Positions 39,702 to 51,655 of a stretch of DNA of 64,000 nucleotides are shown piece by piece. Position numbers and translations under genes: made by a program. Under the pieces are notes generated by a model. The model searched no databases. It was not told the origin of the DNA and worked only from the letters and a program-made list of their open reading frames with translations. The DNA lies in the NCBI GenBank assembly GCA_964016885.1, contig OZ024750.1:24924001-24988000 (forward strand), given 5' to 3'. The first letter of the stretch is position 1; the number at the start of each line of letters is the position of its first letter. This stretch comes from Eledone cirrhosa (Eukaryota).

Positions 39702-40395
39702 CTAAAATACAAAAAAAAAAAATTTTAGACAGTGACATTTAGAAAAGAAAAAAAAATATATTAAATTTGTAAAATTACTAAAGAGAAAAGGAATGAGAGG
39801 GAAGGTGGAGAAGGAGAGCTAGAGAGAAAGAGGGAGGGAAAGAGAGAGAGAAAGACAGAGAGAGAAATAGAGAAGATAGAGAGACGGAGAGAATGTGTGT
39901 ATGTGTGTATGTGCAAAAGAGAGTGAGGAAATATCTGATCCTTAAAATACAAAAATAACTTTAGACTGACATTTAGAAAAGCAAAAAATAACAAATAAAA
40001 TTTGTAAAATTACTAAAGAGAGAAGGAATAAGAGGAGGGGGAGAGAATGAGAGGAGGAGGCGAGAGAGGAGGAGGAGGAGGCGAGAGAGCAGGAAAGAGA
40101 GAAATAAAGAGACAGAGAGAATATATGTGTGTGTGTTTGTGTGCAAAATAGAGTGGGGGAAATGGATATTTTTACAAAGCTGTTTTAAAACAAAAAACCA
40201 AAATGGATAGAAAAGCTGATAATTAGGTGAAAGTTGACAATGGAAAGTAAGAAGGTCAGTGACATTCTTGTAATAATTAACATTTCTAACGGTAGAATAG
40301 GTTAAAACAATTCTGTCTACTTGAATTAAACACTATTCAAGAATTGAATAGTATAAATCTAAATAGCAGCAGTTGCAATATGAAGCAATATTAAC

Positions 40396-40629
40396 CTGTT
40401 GACTGCTGCATATATTTTATACAGCTACAGTTGCTCTGCCAGGTTTTTCTTCAATAAAATGACTATTTTGATTGACAAACGTCACATCAATCAACTAGTA
40501 ACACCATCTAGCTTTGAAGTTATGAACTGTTGGAAACGAGTTCAAACATATTAGTACGAGTTATCTTTTCCATGGCACTGGAATGTATATATTTTAGGAC
40601 ACGTTATCTCGTCTACAGCTTTGAAGAGG
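40396..40629. mobile_element. Possible second TTAA-flanked MITE family
   Basis: ttaa|cctgttgactgctg ... cagctttgaagagg|ttaa; imperfect TIRs. Confidence 0.4.
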
Positions 40630-40701
40630 TTAATAAACACCATAGGAAGTTTGTGCAATATAAAATGACATCTAACTTGTTTAAGATAAAGGAAAACAAA
40701 C

Positions 40702-40805
40702 CTTTCTAAAGCATTTTGAAAGTTCTGGAAACATGTGAAGATTGTATGATCAGCAACATGAAGAGAGCCACTGATTACACCAAGAATTATATCTGGTTTT
40801 TCAGC
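40702..40805 (-). CDS. ACC: ACC exon, BT domain (AEKPDIILGVISGSLHVAD...NALER)
   Basis: Homologous segment; donor gtttgt. Confidence 0.93.
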
Positions 40806-41855
40806 CTAAAAGAATCAAAAGAAATGTTTTTTTAACAACTGTATATTAAGAAAGTAATATTTAACCCTTTAGCATTTACATTACCCTACATATACTATTA
40901 TATTTTCATCATAAAGGCTTTACCTCACGTGATTATCTCACATAATATCGAATCTATCAGATTTTGATATCACTTCTTTTGAGAACAATACCTAAACATT
41001 GGTATGAGTAGCCAGTTACAGCCGGTTTGAACAGAAATAGGTGAGAGAAACCAATTAACTCCAGCCTTTAGTAAAAGTGTATTTATATGTAATGTATTGG
41101 TGGAAGATTAACAAGAGAACTTGGTAACTGGTGAAATATTAAGATATAATTAGTAAAAGTGTGTTTATAGACAATGTTTTGGTAGAAGATTAATGAGGGA
41201 ACTTGGTCACTGATGTATTTATAGGGATTGTATGTGGAAGGTTAACAAGGAAACTTGGTCACTGATGTAATCTCAAGATATAATTAAAACTAGTTGGTCT
41301 GATCCCTAGTTTTATATATGAAGGCAAGATGTTTACATCTGTCTATTACATATAGTTGTTGACTGACAATCTACATGTAGTATGTTAGATGATCTACAGA
41401 TATATTCTGTAAAACATGTAGTATGTTAGATAACAGTCTAGATATATTCTGTAAAACATGAAATACGTTAGATAACAGTTTACAGATATACAATGAAGTT
41501 AAATTACTAAATTTCTAAGCAAAGTCTTTGAACATATGAAATAGAGAGAGCTATAATTATTGTGTGTCCTCTTATATACTCTGTCACCAGGTGTGGTAAT
41601 AGTTTCTTTTAATATTATTAATTAGATACCTGAGAATTTTTAAAGCATTAAGAAAGCTAAGAGAAATTATAACTCCAAAAGACTTCGTTTTGTTTGTTTT
41701 TTGTTTTTTTTACACAGTTCTAAATTTAAAACCAAAAAATACACTACATGATTTATAACTACATAAATAATTTGGTGAAATTAATATTTTTTTCAGGAAG
41801 TAAAATAATAAAGCTACATCCAAACATCCAAAATAAATATGATTCCAAAGTATAC

Positions 41856-42006
41856 CTGAAACTTTGTAGCAATCAATTTATCAAGCCAACCGGTAGTTAA
41901 AACATTCACTTGAAAATCATCAGTTTCAAGGAGCCGAATAAGGTACTCAACAGTGGTGCGGAAATCACCCCGGATAGATAATTCATTTAAGGCCACAACC
42001 ATATTT
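41856..42006 (-). CDS. ACC: ACC exon ([23 protein letters not shown]...[13 protein letters not shown])
   Basis: [15 protein letters not shown] motif; AG/GT boundaries. Confidence 0.95.
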
Positions 42007-42193
42007 CTTAAAGAGAATGGAAGTAAAGTCAAGATTAATACACATACAATAACAAAAAGATTTTAATATTTAAAGAGATCCAATCATAGTGCTATATTTT
42101 ATGTTTCAAAAATGTCTTGTTAATGGAGTTATATGTGGTATGGAATGTTAAAAGAGTTAAACAATGGTAATAGAAACAATCCCAGGTACTCAC

Positions 42194-42357
42194 TCTCGTG
42201 CATCTTCCCGACATTCACCCCATGAAAAACAATGGCCAAATTGGGAATCAGCAAATTCATGGAGTCCTCCAGATGCTACAACACTGAAGTAACCCCACAC
42301 ATTCTTGCTGCTGCGGAAATTCAATTCCTGGACCGTGCCTGAGCTGGGTTTAAACCC
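42194..42357 (-). CDS. ACC: ACC exon, BC C-terminus ([26 protein letters not shown]...[12 protein letters not shown])
   Basis: Conserved motif; AG/GT boundaries. Confidence 0.95.
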
Positions 42358-42439
42358 CTGAAAAGAAATGAATAAACATTGAGGTAAAGGCATAAGTGTA
42401 AAAATGATGAATCAAATGAAAATTGTCTAAATAAGGGTA

Positions 42440-42910
42440 GCCATGTACTATCATGATCCAGCCTTTGAATTTCTCTGTTATGGCCTGGAGTACTATAATG
42501 AACTGAAGGGGACCAAGAACTGATCCTTAGTTGATGCCTACCTGCCCAACATACTCAATTCATCACTGCACTCATTGTTAATCCCCAAATTGATAACTAC
42601 ACCCTTATATATGGCTAGTTCAATTCTCACAACCCATTCACCTATCCCTAGCTTCCTGAGTGACCACCAGATTACAGAGTGTGGGATTCTATCAAAGGTC
42701 TTTTTGAGGCCAACAAATGCTAAGTATAAGGGCTTAATTTTAGCTAAGTACTCTTCCTGCATCAGTTTCACTAGGAAGATGGCATCAGTCATGCTTCTTC
42801 CTGATATAAAATCAAACTGCATCTCACCAAGATTAATTCTATTCCTAATCAACTTTGTTAGATCAGGTTATAAAGAATAATAGCAGTTTGATGCCTTTGT
42901 AATTACTTCT
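42440..42910 (-). mobile_element. Degenerate RTE-type RT fragment
   Basis: Translation QF.F.SGRS.TDAIF...AFV.LKKTFDRIP...WWSLRKLGI.EW. Confidence 0.8.
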
Positions 42911-43366
42911 CTAGTGTGTATGTGTGTGAGTGCATGTGTGAGTGCATGTGTCTTTGTGAAGGCAAGCAGTTACAACTGAAGTAATGGCTATCAAAAGTTT
43001 TATTCCTATTGATTTATATAATAAAAATAGAATCTTTCCTTGCAATTCTTTCCTTGTAATTCATGAAATTTGGTGAAAATTTTCTCATGCAAAAGTGCAT
43101 GTGTGTTAAAGTTACACAATTCAAAATATATATATATATTTTATAGAATGGACTGTTTGAGCTACAACTAACAGACAAACAAACAGATAAACAGATGAAT
43201 TTTAGTATTATAGTGCAGTGTGTGGATATATAAACATATCTTTAATCTACAAGTGTGAAGGTGTGTATATATGTATATATATACATGTATGTGTGTGTAT
43301 GTGTGCATGTGTGCGAGTGCGAGTGTGTGTATGTGTACAATGTGTGTGCATGTGCAAGCGTGTTAC

Positions 43367-43528
43367 CTCTTCTGGATTTTCACTGGTGATTCTTGCAGCA
43401 ATAACATGGCCGCGTGGTTGTGGTTTGATTTTCAAATCATCAAATGGAATAACTCGGTCACCTGCAGGATCTTCTCCATACAATAAACGGATGTCTTTGA
43501 TTCTGTATAATGGTATTCCCATTGCAAT
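43367..43528 (-). CDS. ACC: ACC exon, BC domain ([14 protein letters not shown]...[15 protein letters not shown])
   Basis: Conserved motif; AG/GT boundaries. Confidence 0.95.
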
Positions 43529-44010
43529 CTGAAAATATTCCAAAAAATTTATTTTTTAGTGTATTGAACTCTCTAGTTATTACCAAGTCTACCATTGATC
43601 TTTTACCAACAATACTTTTAGGAAATGCAGTCAGTAACTTTTGAGGTTAAATTTTATCAAAAACAAAGACTTTACAAGCACATCTGCCGCTTGCACAAAC
43701 GTTTTTACAGCATGAAAAGTTTTATCTTCGTAATATAAAATTTTTAAATTGGTTGTAATGTGCGCAATTTGTTGTCATGGGTGGTCCTCAGACAACACTT
43801 ATGCGACCCATGTGGTCCTCGGGGGACCCTCGGTTTGACATGCCTGCTTTAGACTTATTACACAATACCCGTGTTGTTATTTAATGGTGAAATAGATGAC
43901 TAAAAGACTTTGTAAAAGAATGCATGAAACTGAAGTAAATAGAATTAAGAATAGCTTAAAGGTAAATAAACAGTAAAAGGAAGATGTTTAAGTTTGTGAC
44001 AATGTTTTAC

Positions 44011-44184
44011 CTGCAATTGGGCAGCAGGTAGATTAACATCTGCAATCATCTCTGTACATGGATGTTCCACTTGTAATCGAGGATTTAACTCAAGAAAGTA
44101 GAATGAGTCATTTTCTTCACAATAAAGATATTCCACAGTTCCAGCACTCACATAACCAACCATTTTAGCTAGTGTCACAGCAGC
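44011..44184 (-). CDS. ACC: ACC exon, BC domain ([12 protein letters not shown]...[17 protein letters not shown])
   Basis: Catalytic [10 protein letters not shown] motif; AG/GT boundaries. Confidence 0.96.
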
Positions 44185-44250
44185 CTGAAAATAAACATTA
44201 AAATTAGCAAATCTTTTTAGCAATTAAACATGATACAAATTCTACTAGAC

Positions 44251-44767
44251 CAGAGGTTCTCAAAGTGGGTGCTACTGACCCCTGAGTGGGGCATTGAGAA
44301 GGTCAAGGGGGTAGAGATGATATAATAGTATATTAAATATCAAATAATACATATTATATATAAATATAGTAAAATAAAAAAAATATATAATATATATTTA
44401 TACATAGTATATATATTATTTATTATACAGGGTGTTTCAAAAAAATTTAATATCATTTGAGATGTAAATATCCCAGAAACTACAAAGTCTAGGACAACGA
44501 GACTAAGCAGGCTCCATGTTCAGTAACACAAGATTTATTCCTCAAAACATGTCCACGTTATAACATTAATTCACAATATATATTTCAAAGTGACAGTCTT
44601 GGCAACAAGCCATTGATATCAAATTTTTTGAAACACCCTGTATATTAATTAACGATTTTATTTATAATATATTATTTACAATTTGTGTGTAGACAGGTCT
44701 CTCTGAAAATAGGTTTGAGGTGCGCTGAGGGTGGGGGGCAGTAACCCAAAAAGTTTGAGAACCTCTG
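44251..44767. mobile_element. hAT-type MITE
   Basis: TIRs cagaggttctcaaa / tttgagaacctctg; 8-bp TSD tactagac on both sides. Confidence 0.88.
44428..44640. mobile_element. Tc1/mariner-type MITE nested in the hAT MITE
   Basis: TIRs cagggtgtttcaaaaaa / ttttttgaaacaccctg; TA flanks. Confidence 0.88.
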
Positions 44768-46078
44768 TACTAGACAGACAATGTAGTTTTGAAATCATTT
44801 TTTTTTTTAACAAAAGTATGAGTATCTCCTAAGAAGTCTATTGTAATAAGAGTTGTTGATGTATTTATTGAATTCACAGTTTTAATGTAATTATTTTATA
44901 TTGAACTTGTAACAACCAATTTACGAACAAGATGTACTGTAATAAGACCTTAACCCTTTAGCATTTACTCTCTATATACAGTATTATCGTATTTTTGTGG
45001 TAAAGGCTTTACTTTACATAATTATCTCACATAATATTGAATCTACGAGATTTGTATGTTATTTATTTTGAAAACAATACATTAACGTCTGTATGAGCGG
45101 TTTGGATAGAAAGAGGAGAGAGCCGGTTTAAATGTTGTAAGTAGAAGCAGTCAAAGTCAGCCTGTGTTTAATGTGCTACATATTTATATATTACACAGTG
45201 TCTAAAGTGCCTAATGAGGTATATATATTACACAGACAAAAAGTGAGAAGTATGATGTCATATGGAAAGGTGAGATATAAGTTCACATGAAGAGATACGA
45301 AACTAATAGGTAATAAATCACTATATCTATACTAATATGACTGAGACATGTCTAGAGTTGTCTTCCATACTTGCGAAAATAATTGTTTCTACATTTGGCA
45401 CAAGGCCAGCAATTACCTAGTACATTACTGGTACTTTATTTTATTGACCCCGTAAGGATGAAAGGCAAAGTTAACCTCGGCAAAATAATGAAAATAATTA
45501 ATCATTGGTTAATGTTATAGTTTATTCATTGCATAAATATTTCTAATCATTTTTTAAAGCTCACTCTATTAAATGTGTTAACACTAACTTAACTACTCAT
45601 TCATATGCAAATGGAGACCCTGAACAACTTATTTCCCTAAAACATAGTTTATAATTCGTCAAGGTGATGAACCTCATTGATGGTAGAAATTGTGGCCATA
45701 CATTGTTGTACCAAGGAAAACTAAAACACAAAATGCTTTACTACATTACACTACCAGTGTTTCACATTTAACCCTTTAGCATTTAAACCAGCCATATCTG
45801 ACCAGAATTCTCTCACCTCTTTCTGTTCAAACTGGTTATAACCAGCCACTCATACTGATGTTAAGGTAGTGTTCTCAAAATAAATAATATCAAAATCTCA
45901 TAGATTCCATATTATGTAAGATAATTACATAATAGTAAAAATAGAGTGATGTAAATACTAAAGAGTTAATACAACGAGTCAAAGCTGCTTAATATGAAAT
46001 AGGAATTGTACTGAAGAAAAAATATGATAAACATTTGTACTCAAGTAAAATATTTTGTGAGAGGGAAATTATACATAC

Positions 46079-46288
46079 TTTTTCCATTTCCTCAAATACT
46101 TCTGGTTTGGCAACAACAACAGGCGCTTCTTCAATGATTTTTTGGTGACGCCTTTGAATTGAACAGTCTCTGCCAAACAGAGAGATAGCATTGCCATAGT
46201 TGTCGGCTAATATCTGAACCTCAAGATGACGAGCAGCCATTGCAAGTTTCATGACAAATATTGGCGAACCAGGGACCTCACTTTGTAC
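46079..46288 (-). CDS. ACC: ACC exon, BC domain ([11 protein letters not shown]...[17 protein letters not shown]...EMEK)
   Basis: Conserved BC motif; AG/GT boundaries. Confidence 0.95.
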
Positions 46289-46304
46289 CTAAAATTAAAA
46301 CATT

Positions 46305-46605
46305 TTATTTGGATTAAATAATAATTACAATAAATATATAGATGGTTAAAATAGATATTTAGATTAAATAATAGTTACAGATATATCAAATAATAGTTAT
46401 AATGTATATTTGGATTAAATAGTTATAATAAAAGATATATAGATTAAATAACAGTTAGAATAGATATTTAGATTAAATAACAGTTATAATAGATATTTAG
46501 ATTAAATAATAGTTATAATAAATATTTAGATTAAATAATAGTTATAATAGATATTTAGATTAAATAATAGTTATAATAGATATTTAGATTAAATAATAGT
46601 TATAA
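46305..46605. repeat. Approx. 29-bp AT-rich minisatellite
   Basis: Recurrent agattaaataatagttataatagatattt. Confidence 0.85.
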
Positions 46606-46828
46606 CAGCAAGTTATATTCAGCTTATTGTTCGTTCTAATCTTACTGAAGAGCAAGAGAAAATATTTTGTATCACATGAAAATAATAATATACTTATTTA
46701 GATTATTTAAATGTTTTTTTAGATATTTATGCTAACATGGAAAATTTCTGTAAAAATCATGCAAAACATTTATTTTGTTTAATCTCAAAAAGAAATGATG
46801 ATATGGATGAAAAAATATTTCTACTAAC

Positions 46829-47049
46829 CTGTCTGAATAAATTTAGAAAATCATCAGCATTATTAGCTTTTCTTATACCACGTCCACCGCCGCCTTCAGA
46901 TGCTTTGATCATGACAGGAAAACCAATCTTATAAGCCACACTCAAGGCCTCATCAACATTCTGAATGCAACCTTTATTGTAAAGATCTTTTGGTACCATC
47001 TGTGTCTGGCCTTTATTTCGTTCTATTTCACTCTTCTGTAGACATATAC
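46829..47049 (-). CDS. ACC: ACC exon, BC ATP-grasp ([20 protein letters not shown])
   Basis: Glycine-rich ATP-grasp loop; AG/GT boundaries. Confidence 0.95.
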
Positions 47050-47520
47050 CTATAAAAAGAAAGGGTTTTTGTCTTTTAAACTTAACATTGAAAATTTTAA
47101 TAAACGTTTCTTAGTGTATTTGTTACTAGAGATGTGTTGGGTCCTTATTTATATTTTAAAAAAAAGCATTTGTAAATTATTCAAGTGAAAAGCATAGAGT
47201 TATGGCCCTTTGCGTTCTGAGCTCATATACCATTGAGGTTAACTTTGCCTTTCATCCCTACAGGGTCGATAAAATAAAATACCAGTAATACAATGGAATA
47301 ATTGCTGGCCTTGTGCCAAAAGTAGAAACAATTATTATCATCATCATCATCATCTTTCTACTCTTTATTCTTCCAGGTGTTTAATATATTAATTATACAC
47401 ATTCAGCTCGACAAACAAGGTCAAATATTTATATTTAATCCCTAAATCTGTTCCACCTGCAATGAAGGATCAAGAAAGGTTGTTAAACTTCAGTATAAAG
47501 ATAAAAGTCAGTAAATTTAC

Positions 47521-47619
47521 CTGAACCACTCCAAGGTAGAGTGGGAACACAAGCAGTCTGTGCTACAATAGTAGATGCTATTTTATCTCCAAGAGCCCAC
47601 ATAGCCCCTTCTGGTGGTC
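47521..47619 (-). CDS. ACC: ACC exon, BC domain ([32 protein letters not shown])
   Basis: ALGDKIAS motif; AG/GT boundaries. Confidence 0.95.
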
Positions 47620-47827
47620 CTGTAATAAACAATAATTATTTAGTATCCTAAAGAATATAAAACAAACCATTTAAATACTTTAAAATTAGTGTAAAATGGA
47701 ATTTGAAACAAGAGGAAGGTCAAAGAAGATTTGGGCTCAAGTAATGAAACTGATCTCAGAATGTTGAACCTTATAAAGGAGGAGACAATGGAAATCAGGA
47801 AGTGGTGGGAGGATGTTTTGGAGAGAC

Positions 47828-48660
47828 CCCCTTCCAACCCATGCTAACATGGAAAAGTGGACTTAAGACTCCCTTCCAACCCATGCTAACATGGAAAAGT
47901 GGACTTAAGAATCCCTTCCAACCCATGCTAAAATGGAAAAGTGGACTTAAGACTCCCTTCCAACCCTTGCTAACATGGAAAAGTAGACTTAAGACTCCCT
48001 TCCAACCCATGCTAACATGGAAAAGTGGTCTTAAGACTCTCTTCCAACCCATGCTAACATGGAAAAGTGGTTTTAAGACTCTCTTCCAACTCATGCTAAC
48101 ATGGAAAAGTGGACTTAAGACTCCCTTCCAACCCATGCTAACATGGAAAAGTGGACTTAAGACTCCCTTCCAACCCATGCTAACATGGAAAAGTGGACTT
48201 AAGACTCCCTTCCAACCCATGCTAACATGGAAAAGTGGACTTAAGACTCCCTTCCAACTCATGCTAACATGGAAAAGTGGACTTAAGACTCCCTTCCAAC
48301 CCATGCTAACATGGAAAAGTGGACTTAAGACTCCCTTCCAACTCATGCTAACATGGAAAAGTGGTCTTAAGACTCCCTTCCAACTCATGCTAACATGGAA
48401 AAGTGGACTTAAGACTCCCTTCCAACCCATGCTAACATGGAAAAGTGGACTTAAAACTCCCTTCCAACTCATGCTAACATGGAAAAGTGGTCTTAAGACT
48501 CCCTTCCAACTCATGCTAACATGGAAAAGTGGACTTAAGACTCCCTTCCAACCCATGCTAACATGGAAAAGTGGACTTAAGACTCCCTTCCAACTCATGC
48601 TAACATGGAAAAGTGGACTTAAGACTCCCTTCCAACCCATGCTAACATGGAAAAGTAGAT
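47828..48660. repeat. 42-bp minisatellite (about 20 copies) derived from the retroposon 3' tail
   Basis: Unit cccttccaacccatgctaacatggaaaagtggacttaagact. Confidence 0.95.
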
Positions 48661-49273
48661 TTTAAAATGATAATGACTAATACTTTATCATCATTTAACA
48701 TCAATGCTCCCCATTAGCAAGGGTTTGACGGGTCGTCACAGACCAAGTCAGTACTTAATCAAAGCCATGGAACTTTCACACCACACCTCTGCCTGTTGTA
48801 AGAGGCTATTGAAACAGTTGGTACCTGGTTTAGAATACGTACACTACGCCTCAGTCCGTTGTAAGAGGCTATTGAAATGGCTGGTACCCCTGGTTTAAAA
48901 TAGGTACACCACACTTCTGTCATAAGGGGCTATTGAAATGGCTGGTACCCCTGGTTTAAAATAGGTACACCACACTTCTGTCATAAGGGGCTATTGAAAT
49001 AGCTGGTACCCCTGGTTTAAAATAGGTACACCACACCTCTACCTGGTTGGCACTAGTAGGGACATCTGGCAGTAAAATAGTAAAAGACCATAAAATGCTG
49101 GTTTTTAATAACCATTTCCCCAAAGACCCTTGAATAATAATTAAATAAATTGATGGAATACTTTTGATAAAATGAAACAATTTATATCCCAATATTTTTG
49201 TAATAATCAATTCTTTGAATGAATCTGGTCTAAAATCACCCCACCCCCTCCCACTAAAAAAAATGATATTTAC

Positions 49274-49355
49274 CAATGAATGTTATTCCATGTTTATGCA
49301 GCAGTTCTGGAAGACGAGGGTTCTCTGACGCATGACCCCAACCAGCCCAAACTGC
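49274..49355 (-). CDS. ACC: ACC exon, BC domain ([27 protein letters not shown])
   Basis: GWGHASENP motif; AG/GT boundaries. Confidence 0.95.
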
Positions 49356-49361
49356 CTGAAA

Positions 49362-49520
49362 ATTAGAAATATACAGGTGAGAAATATACAGGTGAGAAAT
49401 ATAGTTAGGAAATATACAGATAAAAAATATACAGGTGAGAAATATACAGGTGAGAAATATAAAAGTAAGAAATATACAGTTAGGAAATATACAGGTAAAA
49501 AATATACAGGTGAGAAATTT
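49362..49520. repeat. Approx. 15-bp repeat (gaaatatacaggtga) next to an exon acceptor
   Basis: Direct inspection; resumes after the SINE at about 49838. Confidence 0.85.
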
Positions 49521-50480
49521 AGTGGCACTCCGTCGGTTACGACAGGTGTTCCAGTTGATACAATCAATGGCACAGCTGGCTGCTGAAATTAACATGCAAG
49601 TGGCTGAGCATTCCACAAACATGTGTACCTGTAAGGTAGTTCTCAGGGAGACAGAGAATGCAACAAGGATGGCTCTTCGAATTACAGGTACAACCCATTT
49701 TTGCCAGCTGAGTGGACTGGAGGAACATGAAATAAAGTGTCTTGCCCAAGGAAACAACGTACTTCCTGGTCTTGGATTTGAACTCACAACCTTACGATTC
49801 TGAGCTCAATGCTCCAACCACTAAGCCACGTGCCTTCACAGGTAAGAAATATACAGGTGAGAGTACATAAACAATACTTGCTGTAGTTAACCAGTTCAAC
49901 AAAAATGTAATTAACAACAAACAGCTACGTAGATTCTTATCCAAGAAACCTCCGAAGTTCCTTCAGAATCCCCAGATGATGGATGTGAAATTCAAAATAT
50001 AGAGACCAATAGATCCATTCCAAGATAATTTCAGCTCCGGTTTTCATTTCATTTTACATTTTTCTTCCTCCTTACTCACATTCTTCCAATTGCCACCTGA
50101 TTTTGTTACCCAGAGATTTATCCATCTGCTTTGTAGAGGATTCCAAAATGACGATTTTGTCATATTCCACACTGCTTCAAACAAACTTCAACCCTTTCTT
50201 ATCATATATAAATATATATATATAAACAAATTAATTCAAAAATTGAATTTTGAGATGCGAGTGTATTAGAATTCTCAGGAAAATGGAAAACCTCGGCATA
50301 TGGAAGCTATTAAAACAGCAAAATACCGTCGAAGCAGTGTTGTGTAAAATATTACCTCGAAGGAAAGAAGAGAAGACAGGAAGGAAGAAATAGAATGGAT
50401 GAATGAGAACAGGTCACAAACATTAAAATATGCTCTTCAGATCTTAACCTCCTGCAGTTTGGACGAATTAATGAGATATC

Positions 50481-50521
<41 letters not shown>

Positions 50522-50597
50522 CGAAGGAAATGTGGTAAGGAACCAGGTGGACCATAACGCACCAAAGTACTCAATACTTAGGGTAGTAGAGTGCGTA

Positions 50598-50712
50598 ATA
50601 GGAACGAGTAGGACCCCGACGGCTGAGCTCAAGCCGTTTCGACGGCTAATTCTGGCAGAATTAGCCATCGAAACGGCTTGAGCTCAGCCGTCGGGGTCCT
50701 ACTCGTTCCTAT
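50598..50712. repeat. Near-perfect 115-bp GC-rich palindrome
   Basis: 57-bp arms around one central base, one mismatch. Confidence 0.93.
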
Positions 50713-51340
50713 ATCATCATCAACGTTTAACGTCCGTGTTCCACGCTTGCATGGGTTTGGACGGGGGTAGTCCCACTTGAGGCAAGAGTGATTGTCTTGC
50801 TCGCATAGGACTGTCTGGCAGGTTTTCTACAGTTGGATGCCCTTCCTAACACCAACCACATTTACAGTGTGGGTCTGGGAGGTTTTTACCGTGTTGCCTA
50901 CACGGCCACATTACAGCGTGGACTGTGTGTTTTTTTGTCGTGACACCTACACGATCTCATTTGTTTCGGCCTGGATGGTGTGGCACCAACACAACTTTAC
51001 ATAGAACGGGGTGGCGTGGATGGGGTGGGGGTGGTGGGACGGGGGGGGGGGGGTATTTTGTTAGAGATGCCTACTGGTTGTAGTAGGTTTTACTATGTAT
51101 TTAGGTAAGGCGGGTCTTCTCTGTTACTGAGTACCGCCAAAGGTCTCGGTCCAGTGACATTGTCTTGGAGAGGTGTAAGTGTGTGAGGTCAGAGTTTATC
51201 AGCTCGTCCCAGGTTTTTCTAGGTCTGCCTATTCCGTGGCTACCGTCTATCTTTATTGCCCTGCACTTTGTTATACAGCTATCGACTTTCATGCGCATCA
51301 CGTGATCATACCAACGTAGCCTTCTCTCGAGTAAACAACA

Positions 51341-51346
<6 letters not shown>
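50713..51346 (-). mobile_element. 5'-truncated copy of the same RTE LINE
   Basis: Near-identical reverse complement of 832-1460; ORF 51101-51385 repeats the RT C-terminus; 5' end abuts (TA)n. Confidence 0.92.
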
Positions 51347-51376
<30 letters not shown>

Positions 51377-51590
51377 TAGTCCCACCCTTGCAAGCAGGTA
51401 AAAGCGGACGTAAAATGATGATGATGATTATATGGGGTTAACCGAACAGAGATGTGTGCACCACACTATGATCTGTCGGGTGTGAAGCAGATAAAAAGAA
51501 GCGATCAACGACCTGCATAAATGGTGCAAGATGGAGCATTATATATCAATAAAAGATCAAAGGCCATACTTTCATTGTTTTTTTAGGTTT

Positions 51591-51655
51591 TGTCGTCTGA
51601 AGAACTCAGGCTATCATAACTGATAGTCCTCAGTGAAATATATATATAACAGATT
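51591..51655 (+). ncRNA. Hammerhead-ribozyme-like motif (minimal type I, possibly degenerate)
   Basis: CTGAAGA at 51597, long stem II (ACT.AGG.CTATCA/TGATAG.CCT.AGT), GAAA at 51635, palindromic TATATA stem III; stem I pairing weak. Confidence 0.4.

Noticed and set aside
47795-48665. Overlapping 281/287-aa ORFs on both strands
   Set aside because: Artefact of the 42-bp minisatellite.
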